Part shown: one piece after another, positions 27,201 to 37,800 of the stretch
Position numbering within the stretch: position 1 is the stretch's first letter
How the letters are laid out: each line of letters opens with the position of its first letter
Virus record (IMG/VR): IMGVR_UViG_3300025127_000020
Location: 1-64,000 of that record
Source of the DNA: a virus
Direction: 5' to 3' (one strand)
DNA length: 64,000 nucleotides
The notes under the pieces: generated by a model
The model's input: the letters and a program-made list of their open reading frames with translations, nothing else
The model's database searches: none
What the model was told of the DNA's origin: nothing
Translations under genes and position numbers: made by a program

Positions 27201-27858
27201 GTTCTGAAGACTCATCATCATGCGTAGCGCCTGTCATAAAAGTCCCTTCTTCTGGCATTCTATGCCGTGGACCATTCCAAACTTGCCCAGTTCTCTCTAA
27301 AAGGTAGATTGTTGATAGACCAAGTTTCCCATCTTCTAAAACAGTTTCTGTAGATTTTTTTAAATTGCCTTCTAGGTTGATAGAATTATTTAATTCTGTT
27401 CCAAATTTACGATTGATACTATCAATGTCTAATTGAGATGAGATCTTATAAGAAAGATGCATTGGACAATAGTTATAATTAAAACTTCTTGAAAATCTGT
27501 AATAATTAAGCATTCTACCATTTTCGTTAACTTCTCTAACTCGTGAAAATCTACTAGAATAAGAAGTAAGATCTCTAGAATTAGAAATTTCATGATCTAG
27601 GTCCGATAAAGAAAATTGCTTTTCAAGCATTTGACCATCTCTATTTTCAACCAACGTCAACCTTATTGATGAAAGAAAGTCTATCTGATCAAACCATTTT
27701 GAAATCTGATCACTTTCTACGACGTCATAGACTGAAAAATTTAATGTAACCTTTAAGCCATCTTTATTATCTGCGCTCTTCCTGGTTTCCAGTGTTATTT
27801 CATCTATAGAAACATCTGGAAGTAGCATTCCTATTAATTCTTTTTCTTTTATAGCCAT
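24223..27858 (-). CDS. Large structural-module hypothetical protein with C-terminal coiled coil (start probably ATG 27858)
   Basis: ~1211-aa ORF within the baseplate block; TGATG overlap with the upstream gene. Confidence 0.6.
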   Translation of the reverse strand: MAIKEKELIGMLLPDVSIDEITLETRKSADNKDGLKVTLNFSVYDVVESDQISKWFDQIDFLSSIRLTLVENRDGQMLEKQFSLSDLDHEISNSRDLTSYSSRFSRVREVNENGRMLNYYRFSRSFNYNYCPMHLSYKISSQLDIDSINRKFGTELNNSINLEGNLKKSTETVLEDGKLGLSTIYLLERTGQVWNGPRHRMPEEGTFMTGATHDDESSEPLISRVVSNNKIQDFRTFTSFEKFEIDDSIFHNLQEEISPGNRSSIENLKKDFYSEIWLSRSLDGEAKLMFAIDLKEMIRAKGAFGKLLDRMPEIMQRELLSHCKVQSIKLLRKRVRPTNVQNKLGSQVKGYTNFDNNKKREALVMSGETSGGFKRIDGEHASIRESLISTDENYYSSIRYFTANDKSMKTITDGLYQYGVEVNVIDGTRKFLIEIKNTIFEARSGLIEILEKMNQAVPVKDYAYDVVTNTYVRNFAFSEEERQKILKVFRSYVTILSMLAIPPDSEIFMSMSAIYRSPAYADQLVKSMDSIISKLERVTNDESTYFEPSRKSGKISSSERFSIKDSKFFTNHTFDSNVDKGKGLEFLVNPTDERAADILQELRDPTSVENDLQERVREVSRSLGFSGQESKIGLRVVDSSVWQQRVQSEIDRFYSSPNPSFNPPSDGSIAQEEAIDIRGINSSYLTPSFILLGNETSEPIELEVNSSEERTLQSEEAILSSNEGERDYFSQMGVSFYEESEEALLINSEIGERKVEKVPTCVITNRNIRQSPIDALNGWYIENGIVKMLEKEDLTPEEELSSSQRSTFTTTKITDIRKDPPVSKPHEYGQSKFTRIFKESIVKGIDQKLNFNDYEQPVHPIQRFKQFSVLPKELKKNFKNLPLQIQSLFLFESDASKVRFVDADVPPSPSKFRINFNFLMSVEYLSGFGDDNLYFENSRMRKNFKMIKEPIWKPLTASKFLSSRGEEMLCRLKKSTIKELGVKVHENLELPIYDSYFIIRPPAKNEGEVVIDRLEDELRRAEEQELVLTQGVDFARQEQAREQAAIDTAQMLMSKADAQKRFDELYKLERQLRREVDLVQSRIDELTDIIQNARGWSGMLEADMATEERNALFNENRGRRGRLMSVLIEMGNITQQYGITRPSSEGIMASYREWLREMAELEHLRRLDEAEAERRREERRAERERRQEPLNDAGEAATSIFGAVRGMFSDY

Positions 27859-28895
27859 CAGCAATCATCTCCAAAAGGTGGTTCTGCGGTAGAATCATAA
27901 ATATCTTCTCTTCTACCAATTTCACCTGATTCGTCGCACTCGACTACAACATAAGATCTCCTGCTATAGTCTGTTCTGTAGCCAAGTTTGCACAGTAAAT
28001 TTTTATCTATTTCTTCGTCCACATCTATGTCAAAATAGTGCTCGACATATGTCGAGTCTATGCTATCTTCAGAGTAAATTTCCACTTCATTATCATCAAG
28101 TAAAATTCCATCTCTGATGTTACTAGACTTTTTTAGAAATGAAAGAGGATTTAATTTTTCAATGCTTTTGCCGTTTATTACTTCAGTTTCAACTTTAAAA
28201 ATTTCAATTTCATAATTTTCTTTTAAAACATCTGTGTTAAATTCGTCTACATCTAAGATAAGATGCTCTGGAGAAATTTCTACAATAGAGCCGTCTTGTG
28301 TAACCCTTGACATAAGTGCTGATGATCCTGGGTGACCACCTTCTCCGAGATCTCCAACACTTCTAAAAGTTCCATAATCAATGCTCTCACCTGCTTTTCC
28401 TAAATAAAGTTTATACATTATGTTTTCTACATTTAACTGAGGAATTGCAAGTGTCGGTTGTTCACCCTGAGTTATCAAATTTTGACTTTCAAATTCTTTT
28501 CCGTAAATGCTTATCTGCCAAGATGGTGAATAATTCGAAGATAGTGAAGATTTTCCAAGAGGTGCTGACATAGCGTAGTGTTTTTCTGGATCTTGTTGTA
28601 GTGCCTCTCTTAAGCCTAATTTTCCTTCTCTTACTAACTCTACTTGTTCATGAACGTTATCTTCTGCACTAGAAAAATTTACTTGAGTTTTTGTTACTGG
28701 TGTTTCTTCTAGAATTCTTGTTTCTGCATAATTTTGATTTTCTACGGTGTCCGAAGTGTATTGCCAATCATAAATTATGTCATCATCAAAAAAAGCATAA
28801 TAAGAAGGTTTAAATTTTCCTTTTGATAAAAGATGTTTTCCAAATTGAGTTAGCTTAATTTCAATTACTTCTTCTTTTTTATCCTTAAATGACAT
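27858..28895 (-). CDS. Baseplate/tail structural protein
   Basis: N-terminal IKLTQFGKHLLSKG...YYAFFDDDIIYD parallels 20699-21637. Confidence 0.65.
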   Translation of the reverse strand: MSFKDKKEEVIEIKLTQFGKHLLSKGKFKPSYYAFFDDDIIYDWQYTSDTVENQNYAETRILEETPVTKTQVNFSSAEDNVHEQVELVREGKLGLREALQQDPEKHYAMSAPLGKSSLSSNYSPSWQISIYGKEFESQNLITQGEQPTLAIPQLNVENIMYKLYLGKAGESIDYGTFRSVGDLGEGGHPGSSALMSRVTQDGSIVEISPEHLILDVDEFNTDVLKENYEIEIFKVETEVINGKSIEKLNPLSFLKKSSNIRDGILLDDNEVEIYSEDSIDSTYVEHYFDIDVDEEIDKNLLCKLGYRTDYSRRSYVVVECDESGEIGRREDIYDSTAEPPFGDDC

Positions 28896-31800
28896 TTACT
28901 CAGCCTCCTCTGGTAATTTCTTCTTGTAAAGTTCCATAGGATTGATTTCAAATTCTGCACCTGCTTCAATTTTTACCATTTCTACTAAACTAAAATAGTC
29001 GTAAGGATAATTATAACTATATTGAGGTTCTTCTACACCAGCAGTAGTTTCAAAATCAAATCTTTGATCCTGAATTGAGTCATTCAATAGAGTTTCATAA
29101 TCCATGCATGCAGTCTTTTTAACCTTAAACACCATCCATCTAACATCTTGTGTTATTTTTCTGCCTTCAAAAAATTCCCAGGGAGCAAGATCATGAATAA
29201 CTTCATTACTATCTTTCCTTGAAGTCAAAGCTATTTTAGGCTGAAGACCTTGCCAAATGTTTGATAAATCTTCTTGATCTAAAGTTTCTTCAAATTCGAA
29301 AAAGTAAATAACAAAAGGTTTTGAATCTGAACGGAACTTCATAAAATCGTAACGAGGAGGAAGATTATATTTTTTCATCATCTTGCTCATTCTAGTTATA
29401 GTTGTTTCTTCAATGTCTGATTCTAAACCATAATCTTGAGCCGAGACTGCTGGCAGACCATTCTCAACATTAGAGACTTGCTTAATAAATTTTTCTGGTG
29501 TTATTGAAAAGAAGTTCCTATCGTCTACTCTTATTGTTTCTTCTAGTGGTGAATCTACAAAAGGAATCATAACAACGGCTTCAGAAATTGTTCTTTCTTG
29601 TGCTATTCTCCCCACTTGTTCCTTGAAAGATTTAAACCCACACACGTCTATAAGAGAGCCAATTCTCTCACCCTCAGAAACAGATGTGAAACTTTCTTCC
29701 AAAGAGATAAAAATTCCTTCGCCATCTCTAGGAATCTCTCCATAAGAACTCCAAATTCCCTGACCAGACTTATGTGCTGTTACGCCCTGCTCTCTATAGA
29801 AAGAAGAGTAGGTAAATTCTTCTATCTTTCGCTCTTGCACGGCAACGTCGGTGCCCTTAAGATCTCTTACGTGTGCGAAATTTAAGACTGGACATTCGAA
29901 TTTAGTAGAAATGCACCAAGAATTATAACTGGTGTCTGCTGCGTCTTGCGCAGACATCGGTTTCTTTTTTTCTACTCCGTCTTCTTCTAATTTAGTTGAA
30001 CTAAGATCAAAACTCACTTGCCTTGTTCTTCTTTTACCAAGTAATTCAAGGCAAGATTCAACCTTCATTCTTGATTTCCAAGCTGGTTGGTTTCTATAAT
30101 CTGATACTCTGACTCCTTCTCTCACCATGACGGGAAGTTCAAAGCCAGGAAAATCTCGAAAACCATCCTCGGGCTCATCGTCAGGGGTCAATGGGGTAAT
30201 AATAGTCTCAACAATTTGTGATCTGCTTCTAAAATAATCATTATGCTCCCTTGAAACGTCTTCTGTAGTAATTTTAGACAAAATCTCATTCAAAGTGTAA
30301 ACCCTACTTTCCTCTGCTCTGAAAGCAAGTCTTGTAACTCCCTTTCCATATAAGTAAGGAGGGGCATAAGCAGCCTGCGAAGGAGGTGCAGTTAAATCCT
30401 CGATTCCTTCAATGGTGGTCACATCATAATCTCTAAGTTCTTTCCATTTCATAGCTGGACCAAAATATTTTGTTGGAATTTCACCACCTGAAGTAGTTGC
30501 AATTTCAAAACCTTTAGATTTAGAGATTGCAACGTCCATGTAATATGTTACTCCCGCTGTCATTTGCTTAAATTCAATTTCTGGTCTAGATGTCAACGTT
30601 GTAAGTTTACTATTCTGTAAAAAGAATTTAGGAACCTCTGCTACAAAATTGTTTATTGCATTATCATATCTAATGTCAGACCTTGAATCTGATAACCACT
30701 CAAAATTTGGATAAACATAATCTCTTAGGTTTCTCAGCCTGGAGGAGGGATCTTGGTCTCCTTTCTGATGACGGATTTCATAATATTCTGGAGTCATTAA
30801 GAAGAACTTATTACAATAAGATTCATCTGCTTCTGTTTCATACCTGTGAGGATCTGAGAAAATAAGTTGACCAGAAATTGGATCAGAAGCTGCTGTTGAG
30901 ACAAATAGGGATTGCTGTGTTGAGCCAGTCCCTTGATCGTCTCGATCCGAAATTACAAAGCGGGTGTTGACGTCTGTAACGTTATCAGGATTAGGGTAAC
31001 CATCAGAAGTAAAAAATGGCTTTACCCCCAAACTATTTGGAGAAGAATAATTTTGTGATCCTAGTATTGTAACCCTATCACCGCTTACTTGAAACTCTCC
31101 TCCTGCAATTCCCGAAATAACCCTTCTCGAAGCAAGCAAAGTGGCGACACTTCCAGTCGAACCTTCGAAGCGTCCGAAGCCCGAATGACGACCTGAAAAA
31201 TGATCTAATCTTTCTTGAATATTCGTGTTATGTGGAAGAATTTCTCCTGCTTCGGTTTCTCGAACACAATGAAACTGTTTCCACGTTAGTGAAGCATTGC
31301 TTGCGATGTGGTTCACTTTCAAAAACTGCTTTGGCATGCCGTCATCACCAAAAGTTTCAATAGTTTCTTCAATTGGACCAGTTGCTATAAGTCTAATAAC
31401 CCAAGTTCCATTATTTTGTTTTCCTATTATCTGATCGGTGCAACCCCATTCCAATTCAGACAAAGTAGAGAGCAAGCCACCTTCTGGGGTAGAAATTCTA
31501 GTCGGACTGTAACGGACGCCGAAAAGTTCTGGGTTAAGTGTTGGAAACCAATAGCTTATTGGTTCAAGCGGTTCAAAACGAACGGGGTTTTCATATTGAT
31601 GAGTGGGTGTCCAACCAGGAATCGCAATTACGGAAAAATCTTCTCTTTCGTTTATTGCCTTACATAATCTTATAGCAATTAATTCGTTGAGATAATCTAT
31701 GGTGATTTCACCATCTGAAATCTGGTTTGCCAATATTGTGTTTCCTTGAGAACCATCTAAAGGAACCGAATCTATGGTGAAATTTTTTGGTGCCAACATA

Positions 31801-34800
31801 AATTCTCGAACGTCAACATCCCAGTCAGTGTCTTCAAACCCAGGTCTTTGTGTTGTGCCTATTGAAATTTTATTTTTCTTGAGATAGTATCCGTCTCCGC
31901 TAGGATCAGACTCTACTGTCTCAAAAGTTAAAATAGTGCCTTCACAATCCCATCCATTTAATTCCAAACTCAAATTTTTAAACTTAGTTTTTGATTCAGC
32001 GGGCTCAGCCATCGAAAGAAATTTTGTTGGATTTATAAGCGCCTCAAAAGGCAATCTTGTTGTGGGCTCGGTAACTGTCACAAAACCATACATTGAATGG
32101 CTCGGCATGTTCAGGTTGCCAAGGACCCCAGGCTGATGGGCATTTAGTAGCGAATAGAGTGGTCCGCTGTCCATGGATTCAGTAAGTTCAAAAAGTGCCT
32201 CATCCAAATTTTCTCTGCTCTGCCTGGGACAATACCAATGTGGAGCAGGTGTTTTAAAAGTTCTTTCAACATTTTCAGATGTAGTATAAGAGGACGACAC
32301 AGCCGATTGCTCTAAACCATAAGTGTCTGTAAACGATGCCCAGTCACATGCAATTCCAGCCTTTATTGAATTATATAAAATTCCTGGTGCGAAAAAATGC
32401 TGTAGTGCAGCTTGAATAGCTTGCTCATTGTGAAAAACGGCTTCTTCTGGTTGTGGCTTAATAGACTTTTTAGCTTTTTCTGTAAATAATTTAGCTATTT
32501 GAACTGTTCTATCTTGTGGATAAAAACCATCATAAGGTAATAATTTCTTAATAGCATTTACCTTTAGCCTTACACGTTCTTCGACTTTAACACCTAAAGA
32601 TTCTTGATCTCTAGTCACTTTTTCGATGAATTTTATGTTATCTGAGTGAACATAAGAATTGAAAAATTCATCATCCCAAGATTCACACTCTGTTATTTCC
32701 TCATGATAAGCAACGCCGAGACGATGCCACATTTGAAGATGTTCGTTGACCAATGAGCCCGATCCTGTTCCTCTGGACATTTCAGCCACTGACCATCCAA
32801 AGGTAGCGTTGGGATCTGTTATGGCAATGCCAGTGTCATCGATATCTAATTTTCTAAATCTTTCTGGTATTGTAGATGACAATTTCCAATCATCAAGGTT
32901 ACTGGGTGGGAGAAATTTATCAGTCTCGATGTCATTTAACAAATTGCTAGGCTTGCCATTATTATAAAGCACTCCAATGCTATCCTTTGTCATAAAACCA
33001 CTCCAAACCGACAATTCATCTAAAAGACCAGAAAATCTAAATCTCTTTGTCTCTTCAGATTGATTTGTTTCTAATGCAACAACAGGATTTGAATTGCCAA
33101 GCACAAGTGATTTGTTGAAGGAAGACGCTGCAAAGCCTACATATTCAATGCCCAAATTGTCAGTCCCATGTGGTTGAACAGTTGAATGCGGTTTACCAAC
33201 AGAAGCTGGGGAATAGGCATTTGCTACATGTGTAGCACCGACTGCTAAAGCATAAGGGTGAGCACCGTAAAGCTCTTCGCCATTCAACCACAATTTAATC
33301 AGAGTTGTCTGATTTGGGGTGTTATTAAAGACATCCTTGTTAGACACGAGTTGAAAAACAATATGATTAAATTGACCTTCCTTAAGAAAAGCGGGTTTTC
33401 CATCTCCACGAAAAAATGTAATTACATCTGTACCCCGAAAATCGTGAGAGCCGTAGGAATCTACTATTTCTGGTAGTCTAGGAGTGTCACTAAAAACCAC
33501 AGTTAATCCTGAATTTCCAAGACTGTCTGTAAACTTATTTTTGACTCCTTCAAATTTTACCTTTTCAAGAACAGACATAGAAGCGGTGGCACTGCTGCTG
33601 AGTTGTAACCCTAAGCAACTAAATAACCCACTTGTTTCTCTCTCTGGATTTGGTTGAGCCCACACTGAAAGATTGAAGGGCACTCCAAAGCCCGCAGGAA
33701 AAATTCGATTACTTTGGCTAGCTCCAGTAGATGGATCACGGAAAGCAACTTTATTGAAGGAAGCCACTAAATAATCATTTTCATTTTCTATGTTAAATTG
33801 TGCTGCTGCATTGATTCCTTTCTGGTGTGGAACTCTGGCTGGCGAGACGAATGGAAAAGGTTCATCAATTATGACATCAGTGTTAACACTGTTATCTATT
33901 GTGAATGTGCCACCAGCATAAAGTGGATTTATTGATTGGTCTTGTCCTCTGACAACACCATCTGGTCGATTATTATTTCTAATAAAATAACTCTCTAAGG
34001 CTTCTTGGGCTGAAGTTGGATAAACAATTTTACGAGTACTTTCAATGTCATCTGCGGTTTGCCCTGGAAACAAATTAATCGCATAAGTTCTAACTTTAGT
34101 TATATCTTTCTTTGAACTAAACTGAGTGTGTGTTTTCCCTTCATGACGATTTGAGTCGTAGCTTGCACCATCGAGAGACAAAAAGCTATAGTTTTTTTGC
34201 CTATAATTGACAGTTCCATCTAACAAATATTTATCCATGTGTTGTGAAACTCTAAATTCTGATAAAATTCCATAATTTTGCCCAATGCTTCTAAGTTCTT
34301 CTCCATAATGGTCGTAATCGTCATAAGCTGGAACCAATTGAGATTGATCAATAATTTTTCTTGGAAACCATTGTTTTTCCTGACCATCGGTGTGCTCACG
34401 GGGTAAATAAAAAAGTTGAGCCCTTGGTTGAGTCCGCAATCTTTCATTTCTTATTACCGAAGAGTTATAAAATGGAGCTATTGAAGAGCTAGAGTCAAAC
34501 AATTTTTCCTGACCCCAATCACGAACATCTACACTGGCTTCGGCAGATACGGCATTGCGAATTTTGTTCAGAATCTTGGATTGGTAAAAATTTATTCCTC
34601 CATAGTTTAATTCACCAATAACCTCATAACCTCTTGTGGTAAGTCCATCATTTTGTTGATATTGGTAGTAATCCATAACAAATGAAGATTCGTGTAATCT
34701 GCCATTGGCTTTTGAAGCCAAAACAAGTTTTTCAAACCCAAGTTTACTTTTTTGCCAAGCTGGTGTCATTCTATCCAACAGCAAAGAATCCCAAAATTCT

Positions 34801-37800
34801 TCATAACCATCAAATTTAGATCTTTCTCTTACCTTATTCAAGCCCACGTTTCTGTGCTTTGGATAGATAATTTCTTTATAGAAAAAACTAGTGTAGTAAG
34901 GTGTTTGCTCTAAGGGAAAATTACCTGATAGAAGATTGTTAATCTCATCGTAGAACTGATTAGAGTTTTTAACAACTTCAACTCTTGCTGCCAAATTTGG
35001 ATTTGCAAAGAATTCTAAACCGTTAGAATAAGCATGCCTAGCCAAGATTGTTGGTGGTGTTGATTCTTCCATGTCAAAATCAATAGCAATTTGTAAGTCT
35101 CTAGAGTTTCTCAAAATTCTATGAGTCATCGGCTTATTCCAAGCCGCTATTGGTTCCCTATAGTTTGACGAAGATTGCTCATCGCCATCAATAACAGAGA
35201 TAACATTTTCTTTTCTACCCTCAACTGGTTCATTGCGTTCTGAACCTCTTATGAATCTCCAACCAGAACCTTGATAGTCTGCATAAGATTCTTGATCAGA
35301 AGTTGCATCATAGCCTTCTGAGATCACAAAATCATTATAATAGTCGCTAAATCTCAGAGGAACCTTTGAACCACAAACATCATTTATAGATGTTTCATAT
35401 TGAGATGGATCTACAGAAGATGTTACAAAATGATATTGTAAATCAGACCTTGGAATTTGATGACCGACATAAGCATTATCGAAAGTAGACTTGCAAACAT
35501 AGGATTCCCCTGATGGTCCTGAGTTGACTAATCGAACATCATAAAGTCTATTTCTATTATTCTTCTGATATGCTGCAATACCTGGCAGTGCAAGGTCTTG
35601 CCTATAGCCCTGCGAACCTTCGTAGAGACCACTGTGTTGGGCGAGCCAATAATGAAGATGAGACCTAACATTAAAGTTTCTAAAATTCATAGAATTGTAA
35701 GGACTAAATTCAGCAGCCTCATGATCCATAAATCCAAGACCCATTGTCAATGGATCGCCTGGGGCAGAGAATCTTTCTACGAAAATGTTTTCAGTTCTGC
35801 CGAAGTCATAATTATTTGCCCTTGTTCTGTCTGGAAGCGTGTAGTCTGAAAGACCAGTAATAACAGTTGATGCTCTTTTATTAGCTACCTGATTTCCTTC
35901 ATCTTTTACAAACCATCGATTATTTTTTGATCTACCAGATGTTTGAATTACATCATAGTCATGAGTGTAATTGCCGAGAGGTTTTTCGTTTGCGTTTACC
36001 CTATCGTGAATTATAACTGTTTTAATGTTTTTTATATTTAATGGTCTTTTTGCAACCTCTTCTCTTAGAAATCTTGCAGATGCATTATTCACATCTATAT
36101 CTTTAGGATGTTTTAATTCATTACCTGATTTTAAAAACAATTCTGGTCTATTTGGATCCGCACCATAATAAGTTGATAAAACAACATGCCTGTGTTGATT
36201 ACCCCCTACCCATTGTGATGTAAATGGACCCTGCATTGGAATTTCAGCATCATCACCATAAGAATCATTATGTAAATTTTTCAAGTCGGCAGTGGCAGTG
36301 TCTATTGATTCTCCAAATCTAGGATAAATGAATGATCCATCTAGAGACTCTGTTTTAGAGCCATCTTTCAAAGTAATTGTGCTAGACCTCTTGAATTTCT
36401 TAAAAAATTCTGTGTTTATTTGAGATTCTCTTGAGCACTCTCTTGGGTTGATGTCAAGTGATGTTATTTCAACTGATTTGCCCATTGGCGTTGAAGACCT
36501 AACAAAATCATTAGGATCTTTCGTTGTTTCGCTGTAATTTACACCACCATGAATAGTTGGAGACTTTGTAACATTCAACCTGTAAGGCTTTGAAAGCCTC
36601 CTCGTTGCATAGACTCGACCCTCATAAAAAGTTGTAGAACTAGAATCATAGAGTGTTGGATCAGATTCCTCGACAAGACCAAGCCCACGGTCTACTAATT
36701 TTGTTTGCCCCTTTATCTCTCTGGTTTCTACACTTCTTATTTTCTCTCTGTCTGCATCAACATTTGCATCGCCAGAAGTAACAGTTGTTCCAGTTCTCTC
36801 TGCCCTATCTTTTTCCCACAGGCACTTATCTTCTCCCGCAAGGGGTGCTCGACCTAAGTCGTAATTATAGAGCATTTCGTTTATGCCACGAACGTTTGCT
36901 TCGATAGGTTGATCTTCCATTTCAAGCGTTGGAAACTTTGTCCAGTATTTGTTTCTCTCAAGAACATGAGACTCAATCATTGTTCTAAGTTCAGAAGAGA
37001 AGTTGCTTGAAACTGGAATTAATTGTTCCAACATCATGCCTATAGAGTTGTCAATCCACTTGTAATAGTCTACGTATTTTTCTAGACTAGGAACATTTTT
37101 TACACGTTCAAAAAACATCTGTCTAAACTTTTCTAAAGACTTGTAGTCCATTCTATAGCGGTTGATTGGCTGACCTATCAAATCATTAAATTCTACAATA
37201 GTTGCAAAAAGGTTTACAATCTGATCGTTGATAATTTGATACATGCTCTTTTCTGCTGCGAAGAAGTGAGTTATCGGTCTAGAGTCTCTTGTAAATTTAT
37301 CATCATCTTGAGTTCTTATTTCCACAAGTTCTTCTGAGTTGATGACTTCTGGTGGTCTATGTTTAGCCGAATAAATAAATTCTCTATTCGTTACTTGATC
37401 GTCATTTGCTTGAAAGTGTCTACCCCTACCTGTTACCTGTTTTCTTACAAGTTCTGTAAACCATCCATATCTTGAATCTGATGCTGCAAAGCCTTCAGAA
37501 AGATCTTCTACTGTAAAATTACCGCTGGCATCGGATGTTGCAACTCCGTTAAAGTCCCAGTGCATGGCTAGTGTGTCTTTTCTTGGAACTCTAATGTCTG
37601 CTGTTCCACCGCTGCTTAGATTTGCTACAAACGAATAGGCATCATCATTTGGGTGTAATCGACCAAAATTACTACCATCAGAGGCGTGTGCTTTAATTTC
37701 TTCATTAGATAAATAATCATACCAAAACAGTGTTGACGAAATTTTTAAATTAGTTTTTCGATTAACATTAGGTTCCGAAGGATCATAATTTTGTTTTGAT

